A stretch of DNA of 63,757 nt, counting the filler, from Platydemus manokwari (taxonomy: Eukaryota), in NCBI GenBank assembly GCA_037951405.1. It is 6 parts of 6 records of this genome, joined end to end, with 100 filler letters (N's around TTAATTAATTAA, not from the genome) between each part and the next. Parts side by side here need not be neighbours in the genome. Positions count along the whole stretch, not along the records: positions 44,853 to 54,365 come from JBBMOY011221432.1; positions 54,466 to 63,757 come from JBBMOY011271206.1; 4 more parts are not named here. One strand, 5' to 3'. The notes beneath the pieces were generated by a model, which was not told where the DNA came from, searched no databases, and saw nothing but the letters and a program-made list of their open reading frames with translations. Of this stretch, positions 50,465 to 63,628 are shown piece by piece. A program made the position numbers and the translations under genes. The number at the start of each line of letters is the position of its first letter. The stretch's first letter is position 1.

Positions 50465-52273
50465 GTTACCTTTGATTAGTTCAATATCCGCTCATGGACA
50501 AATTCTATTAACATCAGATAAAAATCATCTCATCACAGCACATAAAGTAATAGCTAATATTGACCAAATATCAAATTTTCGGTTTTAGTTTCAAAAATCA
50601 AATTCGCTAACGCACTATTTGACAAAATATTGTTTTTCTTCTCAACCAAAATACAAAACTAACTTAAATAATCGGAAATCAAATCATCTTACCAACCAAT
50701 AGTAAAGCGATCTTGATTAGAGGCTTTGTTTGTCAGCAACCGTTCCAGTTAAGCTATTAGAAATGGAATTCGATCTGTTCCTAATAAACCAATCTTCATC
50801 GGTAACTCTTTGTAACATTTGATATTGCGGCAACTGATTTCAATATAATATTTCTCAACACATTTCAACACTACTAAGATAAAATAAGTGATATCTAATA
50901 AAAAACCGAAAAACGCTTTATTGATTTGTTTTCAATTTATTTTTTTCGTCGGTCTAATTTGGGAAATTGTAGACAAATATATTGATTTATGTTGTCCATC
51001 AAACGGAATATTTAGGAGTAAAATATTCAAAGTATTTTTGTCGGTAATAATTCACGTTTTCGTGTTTTACGTTAAATCTTGAGAGACGATTTCAGGAAAA
51101 TAAATCCAAAGCAAAAACTATGATGATAAAATGATTTGCCCAGTGATTTTGTATAAAAATAGCATCATTGAAAGTACACGTTATGGTATCGGATTTTATT
51201 TCGAATTTCATGGATATTGGATCTGATATTAAATTTGTTTTGTATAGTCGACGGAGAATTATCGTAATTGCAATGATATGACATGGTATATTGCTCTTGA
51301 TTCCATGAACGATATAGTCGTAATTAAAATAATTAGCTGGGGCATTACATAAACATCAATGATTTTGTAAAAGGAAAATACCTTTCAATCATTAGAATCT
51401 TATATAGGTGTTGTGTTTTATTTCTCACCGTCAACATAAAGAAGCACTGCGTTTATATTTTTTGCATACAATTCACACTGCATTATAAACAACACCCAAA
51501 GGTCTCAGTATCGGATGACAAGTGAATATCTGCAACGGGTTTATTCTGACATTGTAAAAGTTCTAACGTTGCGAATGTTTGTCAACTACATTAGATTGAT
51601 GGTATTTTCATATATTTTTACATTATATTTTGTCAATATAAATACAATTGAGTTGATTGACGATCATACATTGAGAACTCATTAATAATAGCACACTTAA
51701 AATCATTCTAATCGAAGGCCTATTAAACATTTATTTTTACTTCATTTCATAAGATTATCTGATATCCAAAATTATTGATTGATAGTTATTTCCTGATTGA
51801 TTATCAATGATATCTGGCAACATTAAAATGCAATCAAGGTAATTATAAAACTTTATTATCGATACAATAAAATCCAGTAAAATAAAGACGAAAATATTTA
51901 AATAACAATGAACAGGAGAAGTTCAGTAACGGAATGGTTAATAAAAGTAATCATCTAATTTCCAACAACAAAGACCAATAAATCTTGTTGAAAGTTAGTT
52001 CATTTTATAGCTCAAAATATGTGTTAATATGATGTGACGATTTGAAATGCATTTGCTGATAATATTCTCAATTTTATTTTCCAAGATTTTGATTGATTAC
52101 TTCCTTGCTTATAACTGCCGTTGGAGTATTGAGAAAAATGCAGCTTTTGTATGCCTATCATCAATAAAGATCCAATTGGTATATGTTAATTTCGACTATT
52201 CCGATTGCCTACTAGTATAGGTGTGTCTATTAATATATGTGCACTATTCAAACATGATTATTTCCAAGTATCC

Positions 52274-52560
52274 CAATGTTTCTCAACTTTTTATGGTTAT
52301 CGAACCTATTTCAAACCCATTTTCTTAACGGAAAACCTTCTTATTCTTAAAAATAAATATTTTGAAACTTCTTTCCAGCTTTATTTTGACAATCCATTTC
52401 CATGGATCTGAGATTGGCAACAAAAATAATTTTTAATGAAAAACGTAAAAGATGTTTTCGTGCCGAAAATCCAGCTTCTGTTTCGATGTTTTTTATATAA
52501 CTGAAAATGAGTTGAGCACAAGCTTTTCAATATCCAATTGTAGTGACAAATGACCTATCC
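52274..52560 (-). mobile_element. Possible decayed hAT fragment of another subfamily
   Basis: CAATGTTTCTCAAC resembles a hAT TIR; the minus strand has 'ETEAGFSA' (cf. CE.GFSA). Confidence 0.3.
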
Positions 52561-53263
52561 AAGTAAAAATTGATTAAGTTCGATAATGTATTGAAAATGA
52601 TCTTCAATATTTATTAAAATAAGCGAAAGATTTCCGAAGGCTATTTATATAGCATCAGCAATGACACAATAATAAACAAAAATAAGATCCAATCAAACAA
52701 AATCCGTATCATATATTTGCAAATGAGAGCAATTTTTCTAATAAAAATCTTTATCAACAAATTCGCTAACAAACGAAATTCCCTTAACAACGGATTTTAA
52801 ATTTTTTGGTCTTATTATTATCAATTTTTATTTTTTTCTGTCTGGCCTCATGTCGAATGAAATTATTTAGTGAACCCGACAATGGTGAATGGTTAGATTT
52901 CGTAAATCATTTACAAAATCTTATCAACTAAAATCGTCCTCAGTCTGGTGGCAAATTAAATTTTCCGTTTATGATGCGAAGCCAAAATTTAACACGTTTC
53001 TTAATTTCGAAATATATTTTTTAATTCTTTTCGAAAATACTCATAATCGTTTGTTTGAAGTTCGTCATCGACGCAAATTGGAAAGTACGTTATTGGATTT
53101 ATTGATACAAGTCTGAGTTGTTAAGCCAACCAACGGGTCAAAATAAAATTAGATAGAATGAAACTAAAATTCTCTGTGTTGATTTTGTAATTCGATTCGA
53201 AAAATTATACTGGTTGTGAGAACTTGAATTTGTTTTAATAACTGTTCCTAAATAGATTATTTG

Positions 53264-53595
53264 ATGTCATCACTTTTCATTTAGATTTCAATAAGTGCTT
53301 CATAAAATGATAGCTGTTTACATGACGACAACGCATTTGGATTCCATTCTGAGAAGGTCTAAGGCATGGAAGTATAGAAGAGGCTGATGAAGAGAAGATA
53401 TAGAGAAGATATAAAGAAAATAAAGAGGATTCGAAGTAGATTTAAAGAAGAGAGAGAAATAGAAATTTACATTAAGATAAATATTTAGAAAATTCGAATA
53501 AATAGATGATTAAGAATACATAGAAGATCAAATATTTTAAAGAAAAGAGGATGTGAGATTTCAATGCGTGCTTTATAAATTGATAGCGGCTTACA
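53264..53595 (+). mobile_element. TRIM-like small LTR element
   Basis: Direct repeats 'agatttcaat..gtgctt.ataaa.tgatagc.g.ttaCA' at both ends; PBS-like tgacgacaacg (53323); PPT aaagaaaagagga immediately before TG (53552). Confidence 0.65.
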
Positions 53596-54268
53596 CAGGT
53601 GATATTTTTCAATGTAATTAAATAATGAGTCAAAACTTTTGACATCAATAATGATAGCCAATGGGTTCTACACACGTCCACGTCAGTTTTTTGGCGGATA
53701 AATTAGTTATGCATTGTGAGAACAATAAATATGACATGTGCATTATTGATTAATGTTTTTATATTTATTCTTCATTTATGAATTTCAATATCATAAATTT
53801 ATAAATAACCGAATGGCAACATCACCATCGATCAAGGTTCAACGTTAAGTAGGATTCAATAGACGAGTAAGTCCGAAATATGAGTACGCAGTGTTATCTT
53901 GTCAGGAATTTACAAATCATGACCAATATTTAATTGATATGAAATCGGATTTGTAAAGATTTCGTAAAAAGCATCATCATAAATTTGTAGCGGTGGACTA
54001 TGTGGAAAAAATTGTTGTTTCATAATAGACAATAAAAATTTCCTTGTTTCAATTGGAGAGAAATAAATAATATAATTGATAGGACAAGCTCATTTTTTCG
54101 GAGATAAACAAAAACTTTCACATTTTCAATGTCAATTTTGGAATATTTGGCTGATTCATTAAAACAATAAATTATTCGATTGATATTTGTTAAATATTTC
54201 TCATACATGTATGATTCTAATAAAATTTATCTTTACTAATTTGAGACTTTTTTAAATTATTCTTTTAG

Positions 54269-54342
54269 ATCCACCGAAGAAATTTTTGCCCTATTTATTT
54301 CTATAGCTTTTATTGTCGATGCGGTGAAAGATGTATTGAAAG
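54269..54342 (+). CDS. Single internal exon of SLC4A11-like (SLC4 family) transporter
   Basis: tcttttag|A TCC ACC GAA GAA...AAA G|gttaga reads (R)STEEIFALFISIAFIVDAVKDVLK, matching the SLC4 TM5 motif in its SLC4A11 form (RSTEEI.ALFISI.F..DAVK). It is not in the ORF track. Confidence 0.85.
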
Positions 54343-54365
54343 GTTAGAGTTATATAATTTTTTCA

Positions 54366-54465
54366 NNNNNNNNNNNNNNNNNNNNNNNNNNNNNNNNNNN
54401 NNNNNNNNNTTAATTAATTAANNNNNNNNNNNNNNNNNNNNNNNNNNNNNNNNNNNNNNNNNNNN
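54366..54465. other. Artificial contig spacer
   Basis: 44N + TTAATTAATTAA + 44N. Confidence 0.98.
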
Positions 54466-54537
54466 TTATTTTTTAAGCGAGTTATAGTCTTTTAAAGTTG
54501 CTGTTAGATAACGGCCATTATTTTTGCACCAACCTAA
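54466..54537. mobile_element. End of a mariner element (cecropia/Hsmar1-type TIR), cut by gap
   Basis: Reverse complement of 54510-54539 is TA-TTAGGTTGGTGCAAAAATAATGGCCGTT, close to the Hsmar1/MADE1 TIR TTAGGTTGGTGCAAAAGTAATTGCGGTT. Confidence 0.85.
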
Positions 54538-56371
54538 TAGTTTTGTATATCTCTCAATGTATATCTTCTTTGGTTTAAAAATAGATTTATTAAGTTTTTT
54601 TTACCGAAAATTTTGTTACAAATATTTTTTTATCTTTTGACTATTTACTGTTGAAATCCGAATAACTCAGCAAAAGTTTTCTAATAGAAGTTTCAGCACA
54701 GATCATTTTGATTCTTTAGTAATTAATTTGTTTGGTCAGATTCTTTGGTTTTCCTAGATATTTTGATTTTTATCAGTTTTCCTTTATTATTTGACCAAAT
54801 ACAAAAATAAAACTAAAAATTACCTTTGATCAAATTTTGACAAAATCTAGAAAAAATTAATCAGAATTTTATATTTTTATTAAAATTGTGCACAATAATT
54901 TAATAAGCAAAATCAAAAGTATTCGACTAATAAAAAATTGTTGCTAAGATTTAGTCAAATAAGTTTGTAAAATCGTTCATTGTTTTTTTACATTCTCACT
55001 CTAAACAATGTCCTTATCCATCTTCATCGTGGTTCATCATTTTTCCTGGTTATGTTATTTTTAATATTTTCGGCTTAAACAGATTAGAGTTGCAAAACCA
55101 TATTTTCAATAGAAAACATGCCACTCAGAAATACTTTTGAATATCTAGTAGTATAAATATTATTGTAATAATAGGCGTAAAACACAAATGACTTTTTTAT
55201 CGGCTTAAATTGTCAATAAGCTATCTTACCTCGTTTATTAATTCTTGAAGTTTAAGTGTATTTTTGATGTTATTTTTAAATTTGATATTTTATTTTTTCC
55301 AATTCCAACTGAGCTTATCGATTTAGAATGATTTGGAATGATCAATCCATATATGTGTGTTCTACAATTATGTTCTACAATTTGTCTTCACTGATGGGCG
55401 GACTGCTATACTTGCATGATTGTATAGTCATGTATACATGTAAATTATATAAACATGGCTCTAGGGTTCCAAAATTTTATTTTTTCTGTAATGTTGATTT
55501 TTACTCACTTTATTTTTACTGTTACAGGCTATATTTTTTCCGAGGTGCAGTAAAATTACAATGTGGATTACGGTTTAATCTAAGTACACCTCCAAACCTA
55601 TCCTTTGAAATCCATCAAACTTGTAAAAATCATGCAATATTAGTTACCTATTATTATTGTATTCTGATCTACATTATGATATTAAAATAATTATAATATC
55701 CTAACATGAAAAATTAATGAAAATAGACTGTTTTTAGTTTTCTTGAACCACATTGCAAAAAATCTTTATTGTTCATGCACTCGTTACGATTTAATACAAT
55801 TTATAAACAACTTATTGATTTTTATTATTTATTCTAAATATCGACAGTGTCATATCAAATATGAAATAATTATTTTCCTTTTCTCTTGCATACACTTTGA
55901 CTTTTTGGAAATATTTGGAAGAAGTTTAATAATTTTAAATTGAAGTCTATATAACAATCGATAACTGACAATCATATAAAGGGTTATTGAATTTAAAATA
56001 TAAACAGCTAAAAATTTATAAGTTAAGCTTATTTTTGTGGTGTAATATATTTTAATATACACAAGGTTTCAGCAATTTCCGAACCAATTTTAATTCTTTA
56101 GGAGTAAAATTCTTTATTTGCCTTTATAATTCATAGTAAATTGTTTATTTATTCGACAATATGATTAATTTATCACATTTTATAAATGAAGTCTTGAAAC
56201 AAAATGTCTTTTAGACAGCTTTACTATCCACTTCTTTTATTTGAATTGCTATTGTTGGTAAATCAACTTCTAAAATTTTTAAATCTTGCTTGACTCTTTA
56301 TATGACTTTCTTCCATTCATTTCATTTGATAATAATAATCGTAATTAATTCATTAAAATTATATGATTTAA

Positions 56372-57931
56372 CTATAATTTCATTTCTTTTAACGCAATAC
56401 ACGAAATGAATATCTTGGAGTTAACGATATTTAGTATTGCTTTATTAAATTCATCCCAGTTATTAGATTTGTTAATTATAAACTGAAAACAATGAAACTC
56501 AAACATGAATCTATAAAGTCTTCTAAACATCAGTTTGCAATTGTAAAATAATAAAACTATTTTAGCATTGATATTGTTGACTATGTGATCATCAACACAT
56601 ATTAATTTCAACATATTCATTTTGTTTAAAATTAGGCAAACTTGATATTGCAATCTCAGTATACGATAAACCACTGGTAAACTTTCAATTGACAAAATTT
56701 GGAAGTCACATTTAATATCTTCAAGTTCTCTTTTAGTATATGGGATTTCACATTGTTCCCTCGAATATGTCATTTGTATATTTAATAGTCGTTCCTGAAA
56801 ATTGTGAATGTAATTTTTAATTTGAAGTAACTCATAGTTGGGAGAAATAACGAAATCCTTAAATAGTTTTTCCTGATTATTTATTATGTTTCCATATTTA
56901 GTAATCAGATAATTAGAAACTAGTTCGATTGATTCTTCATTTTCTGTTTCATATGAAAACATTGACAACTTAGAAAGAGTCACGGAATGAAATGGACAGC
57001 TACAGTGGACAATCATAAATTCATTAATGCATTCCAAACAAATTTTGTGAGAACATTTTACAAATTTCGCATACAATGGCGAATCAATAATTTTCCAACA
57101 TACCATACAGTTGTTCATATCGACTTCATTAATTTCGGGTCTCAGTTTTCTGAATATTTCATTGTTATTCCCGACATATGAAATAAGAAAAGCAGTAATG
57201 CAATATTTTAGCGAATTCATATTAAGTAATTGATTTTTAATATTTGATTTTATTGCCATAAAATATTTATGCTGATTGGTAATACCGTAATTTTGGTATG
57301 GGTAAAAATCTAGTTGGAAAATTTCTATCATTGAATTTGAAAATGAAAGTTTTTCATTAGATTTATCAGTGAATCTATTATAAAGCCAATCAATATTATT
57401 ACAAATTGTTTTTTCAAGTAATGATAGATTTTCATTGTGAGAATTCAACAACAAGGATTCCATTTTTTTCATTACATTTGGTCTCGTAGGCATTAATTTT
57501 TCATAATCAAAGAATAAGGATTTTTTCTTCCACAAAAGATTATTAAGATCATTTATTTGTGCTAAATTAATATTATTTGGAATAGATGACCAGGTTTCGA
57601 ATGTGTTGCTGCATATTTTTAAAATTTCTATTGCCAAATTAGCAGCACCACAAACATGTAAAAAGAAAGTTGACCAATAAGCATCGACTTCCTGATATAA
57701 ACCGTCTTTTATCAAAGCGTCAAATTTGAACTGAAAAATGCTTTTACGCAAACCAAGATCAAACAATATAATAATCGGATCTCTATCTAACGGGCATTTT
57801 ATATCGGTTAGCCATACAATTGTATTTGTACAATTTTGACAGAATGTATGCAAACAGCCTAACGTCACAATATTTGATTGGTTTAATGTATCATAACAAA
57901 TTGCACAAATAGATTCTTCGTAGTTATCCAT
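56372..57931 (-). CDS. Intronless double-RING-finger protein (putative E3 ligase), paralog B, 519 aa
   Basis: RING1 CAIC..CLHTFCQNC..CPLD; RING2 CMVC..CSHKICLEC..CPFH; each is followed by a long helical-looking region. Confidence 0.88.
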   Translation of the reverse strand: MDNYEESICAICYDTLNQSNIVTLGCLHTFCQNCTNTIVWLTDIKCPLDRDPIIILFDLGLRKSIFQFKFDALIKDGLYQEVDAYWSTFFLHVCGAANLAIEILKICSNTFETWSSIPNNINLAQINDLNNLLWKKKSLFFDYEKLMPTRPNVMKKMESLLLNSHNENLSLLEKTICNNIDWLYNRFTDKSNEKLSFSNSMIEIFQLDFYPYQNYGITNQHKYFMAIKSNIKNQLLNMNSLKYCITAFLISYVGNNNEIFRKLRPEINEVDMNNCMVCWKIIDSPLYAKFVKCSHKICLECINEFMIVHCSCPFHSVTLSKLSMFSYETENEESIELVSNYLITKYGNIINNQEKLFKDFVISPNYELLQIKNYIHNFQERLLNIQMTYSREQCEIPYTKRELEDIKCDFQILSIESLPVVYRILRLQYQVCLILNKMNMLKLICVDDHIVNNINAKIVLLFYNCKLMFRRLYRFMFEFHCFQFIINKSNNWDEFNKAILNIVNSKIFISCIALKEMKL

Positions 57932-60900
57932 GATTCTGCAATGTATATAATTACTTTATTTGATAAATTACTTCATTATATTTGTAAATCAGGCTTTGAA
58001 TTACTCAATCGAATCCGTATTAAATGTTCTTTAAAAATTAATGAAAATCGTATTCAGATTAATAATAACAATAATTAAAATATGATTTAAAATATACAAT
58101 GATCTGAAATCTTAAATCTACAAGATTGCTTGAATGTGAAAAATAAATTTGTAATTCATGTTCAATGCATGCAGATGAGTCTTCCGACTTAATAATTTAA
58201 TCATCAGTCAAAAAGCATTTTGATAGATAAACACTAGCTCTAAATAAAATTATAATTTTAAATAACAGTTATGCACTTTGAAATCAAATTGCCCATGGTC
58301 ACACTAAAAATCATATTTACAAAAACAAAGTCATTTATTTATTGAAAACAGAATCAGCAGGAGAAATTAACGACATCAAAGTAGGGGTTATCAGAATTAT
58401 CATACAAACAATCACAATAGATCGCAAGTTACTGACTATTGAAAACTTATGGTTACCCTCGAGTTATATTTACCTGCTGCTTTGTATATTTTATTTTTTA
58501 ATTTGTTAGAACCATCTACAAAAACGTTTTTTTACCAAATTTTACTCCGCATCAATGTTCGTCGTTTGTTTTCGCTATGCACCGTTTGATAATTAAATTT
58601 TATTTATGGATTAATATTTTTGAAACATTTGATTGACCACTGACATGTTCAGCCATGGTTCCTATGTATATCGACTCTTTCGTAAATATTTTTGTAGGTA
58701 TATAAAAACCCCACAGATTTCATTAAAAAAACCAAAAAGATTTGTCTATCAACTTTCCTTTCAAAATTCCTGAATTGTTGGTTTAAAGGGGTAAATAAAA
58801 AAATAATAAATGAAATCAGGAAAACTTATAAAATTATAAAAATATAAAATGAATAATACATATAATAGCAATTAAATTGTCAAAAATTCCATATTGATGA
58901 AACCAAAATAAAAAATTACATGTCTAGATCTAGTCCACATAACAACATTTGTTTATATAACAAAAAATATACGCAGCATGAAAACCCTTCCTACTTAAAA
59001 ATGAATGCCTAACAACGATTGCTTAGTATTTGGCTTTATCGCTTACAATGATCTGATTAAGAAAAATAATAATAAATATATTGGATGTAATGGCTTGGGG
59101 TATGGATGGTTGTTAAAATTGTTTTAGATAATGCTATTGATTTAAAAAATGTAAAAGTAATGAAAATAGAGAAATATTTTCATTGAAAATTTAATAGTTT
59201 TTAGAACTATTTATACCTTAACCCAAAATGCCCATGGTGAAGATAACAGTTCAAGGTTTTTCACCTATATCGAAGTAACATTCTGATTTTTGTTAATTGA
59301 CTTGCGTTACGAAAGCTAAATTTTCGTTTGTACAATTTCGATATCATTGTTTGATCATTTATTGAGGTGGTTTGTGTATTATGATTGAAAAGTTGATCAA
59401 ATATTTCGATTATTAACACCTAATTCCAATATTTTTTATAAAATTATTAATATCAATCTGTCAACATATTAAGCCAAAGAGAGACCATTTCACCCACAAA
59501 ACTCAAAAAACAAGGTATTTAAAAATGTTAATAAATTAGTTTTATTAATACCTAATAAAACATTCAATTTAAATTCGATTTAATTATTATCGATATTAAT
59601 CCATATAGTTTCTTTAATTCTAAATAATTCTATCTCAGAACCAGGAGTGAGTGAAATTATCCATTTTCGTTTAAAATCGAATTATTGTATTTGTAGCACT
59701 TTATTTATTTTTCTATTATAAAATAAATCTAGTTTTATAAACTTAAAAATAAAACACATTTAAATAATTTGTAAAATAATTACCTTGTATATTTAACTTA
59801 TTTAAGTCTTGTTTAAAGTATATTGGAAATTTAAATATATGATCCTTCTATTTCATAAATTGGAATGTATTTAGAATTGTTTTACATGAAAACTTGAATT
59901 TCGTAAATGTATGAGAAAATTGAATATTGTTTTTGATATGTAAGGATCATATTAATTTAAAAGGTTAAATTGAAAATTTCCAATTGCAAATTATCCAGGT
60001 AAGATAAAACCTTATTTAAGTAAGAAGTTATACTTGTTAGAATTTAATATTTATAAAACTTATTTAAATTACCTTGTTTTTTATTTAAGTTATTCCGCTA
60101 TGGATTGATTTAGGTGTTAATCTTCATTGACTTCTATTTTAAAAAGGGAAATAATTTAGACTTAATATTATTTTATTGTCGTTATTCGATTAGTTTTCAT
60201 TTTGTAATTTCTTTTCAAATGTTGATATAAATTAAGGAACTTACAATGGTTTTAATGATAGTTTTAATCTTTTGTTCCTGGTTGTTCATTGTCTTTCAGA
60301 TAGTAAATATCATACTTTAAATTTTAATCTGTTTATTAACTAGAAATGATAATTTATTTACGTAAGATTTGAATGATTTTTTTTTGCTCGACGTTAATAG
60401 TTGCATTAAATTTCATAAATTTAACTTTAGAAATAAAACCTAAGAACAGAATAATGACAATCTAATGAGTTATTTAAAATCACAATAAAATCCAAATTAC
60501 TGATTGCTAAAATATACTATCTGGTGTTGGGAAAAAACCCACAGTTAAAAAATGCTTAAATCTCTGGATACCTTGTAGAAAATATAGTAATAGGAAGATG
60601 AGATAGATATTTTTCTTAATTAAAAGTTCACTCAGCTTTGAAAAAGATGATAGACAGATTTAATAATCTTTACGCTTATTATTGTTTTTCATTTTGCTTC
60701 TATTGCGCATGTATTAAGTGCGATGCTGCATGCATTATTGTTATATTTATCGCATGATGTTCTTGTGATTCTCTTTATCATATATGGTACGAAAACTTCA
60801 TAAGCATTCGATTATTGTAAGTATTCAGCCATGGATTCATGAAATTAGTCGAGATCTGGATTGTATGTTAATATTTAAATTATTATTCATTTTAATGATA

Positions 60901-62287
60901 TGCTGTTATCACGTAGGAATTACCAGTGTTTGTTGAATTTGTATCCGTTTTACGGCCTTTGGTTTGCCTTGAATTGCTATGAACTTAAGTGGTTATATAG
61001 TGTCTCTTGGTGGTTTTCAAAATTAGTTAGATACGTGTGCTAATTACTCCTATTTTTTGTTTAAGGTAATCAGTTAATATAAAAACGAGTTATAATATCA
61101 AACAATTAATTTAATATACAGAACGCCTTTTGCCGAATTCTTGTTAGTCAAGGAAAGATAAAACTTAACATTTCGATTAACTAAAAATATCTCTTAATGG
61201 TTGAGTTAACTTAAGAAAAGTAATTAAATAATCTTTTTATTAAATTTGTTATGGGTGTGGTTGTTATTAGTTATTATTATCTTGATTATTATAATTATTC
61301 GGTTAGTTTATTGATTATCTTTAATTTTCTTAATTGATTAAAGGTAGTTTAAAGTTAATCTTTTATTCGTTTGAAATATACATATTGATTGTCGTTAACG
61401 CTAATGTGTTAGTGATTAATGAAAAGACTGATGTTAATTTTGAAAGAATTCTAAATTCAAGCACAATTTAATAAATGGCTTATTTCACTGATGTACAACA
61501 TTGCGGTGTCTCACGGCTAAACATAATAGATATATTTAGTTATAAAATTAATGAATGAAAGATTACTAAATAAAAGTTAAATAAAGCAATAGCCTCACTT
61601 CGCTCACGTGTGCTTATATTCCTTTAATAACTCCTTTTCTAAAACATCAACAAATTTTCTATCTTCTCGTTAGAAATATATGAATTCCAGATAATAATCC
61701 GAATCGCAAATCGATGGAAGTGATGCTTAGAATTAACTGTATGCCTTAAAATATGATTGAAAGGTGCTTTCTCCGATTGCGGTTTTGTATGCATAATTTA
61801 TGATCACTGTAGTGTTAATGTGGTTTTTGTGATGGATGGTAGCATACTATTCTGATCGGGTATTTATGCTGGTTTCATGTTAATTTTTTTGCATATAAAT
61901 TGCTTATTAATTTTGTAATTCTATTTTCCTTTTCTTTAATTATATAAAATATTATTTTCTTTAATTGACACTTTATTATTTATTATTCTGTTGAAACCTT
62001 TTCAGGACCTCCATACTTTTACAGTATACAATAATAATTCAATAAATAATTGTTAATTATTAAAATCACTTTAATAAAAATAACTATTTAAAATTGCTGT
62101 TCATTGTTTGAAATCAATTCAACAAATAATTATCAATAATCAATTATTTTTATTCAATGTTTGATACACAACTATCCACTGGGCTGCTTTGAATAGGAAT
62201 TGATTTCGGCTCTGAATTTAGCTTCATCGCCTCTATAGTCAATGTACTACACAGCTTTTACTTTTAAAAAGGTCAGGTTAAAATTTT

Positions 62288-62590
62288 ATTATTGTGTGGA
62301 TATGTTATATTATTGGGTTGCTGTATTATTGAACATATTGTATTATTGCGTGAGTATGTTGTATTATTGGGTTTTGGTATTATTAAAAAGCTTGGGTGGG
62401 CGATCCGAACATTTTGAACAAAATAATTAAATATATTTCGGAATAAATCAATAAATTATTTTACTTTGATTTATAATTTCTGAATATATCACTAAAATTT
62501 ATGATTTGAGTAATACACTTTTGATTATGTCAATTAATTTCTGGTTATGTTAATTTTTAATTAACAAATTTAAGCCACCCGGAATATTAT
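62288..62590 (+). mobile_element. Possible 3' end of Tc1/mariner element preceded by a ~54-bp duplication
   Basis: Two copies of tattattg.gtg..tatgtt.tattattgggtt...gtattatt; '...EHFEQ' resembles a transposase C-terminus; 'taagccacccggaata' resembles a CAGGGTGGC-type TIR. Confidence 0.35.
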
Positions 62591-63461
62591 GCACTTTTTC
62601 ATAATGCTCTCATTATGTATAATATAACAATTTAAAATGGAAATATTCCTTTTCTGGAATTTTAATAGAATAACAAATAACAATTGTTTCTCTCAGGGCC
62701 AATATAGATACTTTATAAATTTTTCCTGTGATGCGAATTTCCATAATGATTGTAGAATAACTCCAGAAATCTGCATGTTTTTGTAGCGACTCAACTTCTT
62801 AATAGTTTCCTGTATCTCAAATTTCCTATAATATTTTTTGTGCATTTTTCCTCTCTGAACTACAAGTATTTATAGGTTTATTTTAAACTACATTATATTT
62901 CACCAGCTATAATTAGCATTTTTAGCATTGTCTGAATGTTTTTGTCAGCTTATACATGTTTCATATAGTTTATTAAATTATTTTTACTTTCAAACATGTT
63001 TTTTACACTCATTTTAAAAATTTTATTTCTTAAATTGGCATACTTTAATTGTATTATGTTTTTGTACACTGAGTGTCTCAGCCTAGTTTCATAATAATCC
63101 AGTGTCTTGCATCATTAATTTTTTTTAATTATTCATCTAACATAGTAATTTTAATGTTTATATGTTTGAATTACTGTGAACAGATCAATCAACTGTGTCT
63201 ATCTAATAAATTTATAATTAATAAGTTTAGAAACTTAGTTTTGAAGAAATTATTAATTTGGAAAATATTTATTTAGTGTTGCTTTTCAAGGAAGCCTTAA
63301 ATCAGAGATTGTCATCTCAATTGCTGGCTTTCCATTTATTTTATGATTAAATATTACACTTGTCAAGATTGATTGCATGTTAATCTTGTTAACCCTATAA
63401 GGACTTGATGCTCACCTTCAATTCTTGTATCTGTCTTTGTGCAATAATGTATTTCTGCTAG

Positions 63462-63628
63462 ATAAACAATTAGAATATGATTGTAAAACATTAAAAGAAA
63501 ATTTTAAATTTATGAATAATATTGGTGAAGCACGTTTAGAATATGATATTGCTTATAATTCAACAAATCAAGAAATTATGATAGAAGCAGCCAAAGTATG
63601 TAAAAAATTTCTTGAAAATAAAATATAA
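63462..63628 (+). CDS. Candidate terminal exon, unknown protein
   Basis: ttctgctag| acceptor, hydrophilic frame KQLEYDCKTLKENFKFMNNIGEARLEYDIAYNSTNQEIMIEAAKVCKKFLENKI*, with AATAAA ~90 nt downstream. No upstream exon was found. Confidence 0.25.

Noticed and set aside
50740-51482. Possible two-exon 59-aa minus-strand peptide (MQCELYAK...KELPMKIGLLG)
   Set aside because: Phase-compatible but no homology, and an alternative frame is equally open; chance cannot be excluded.
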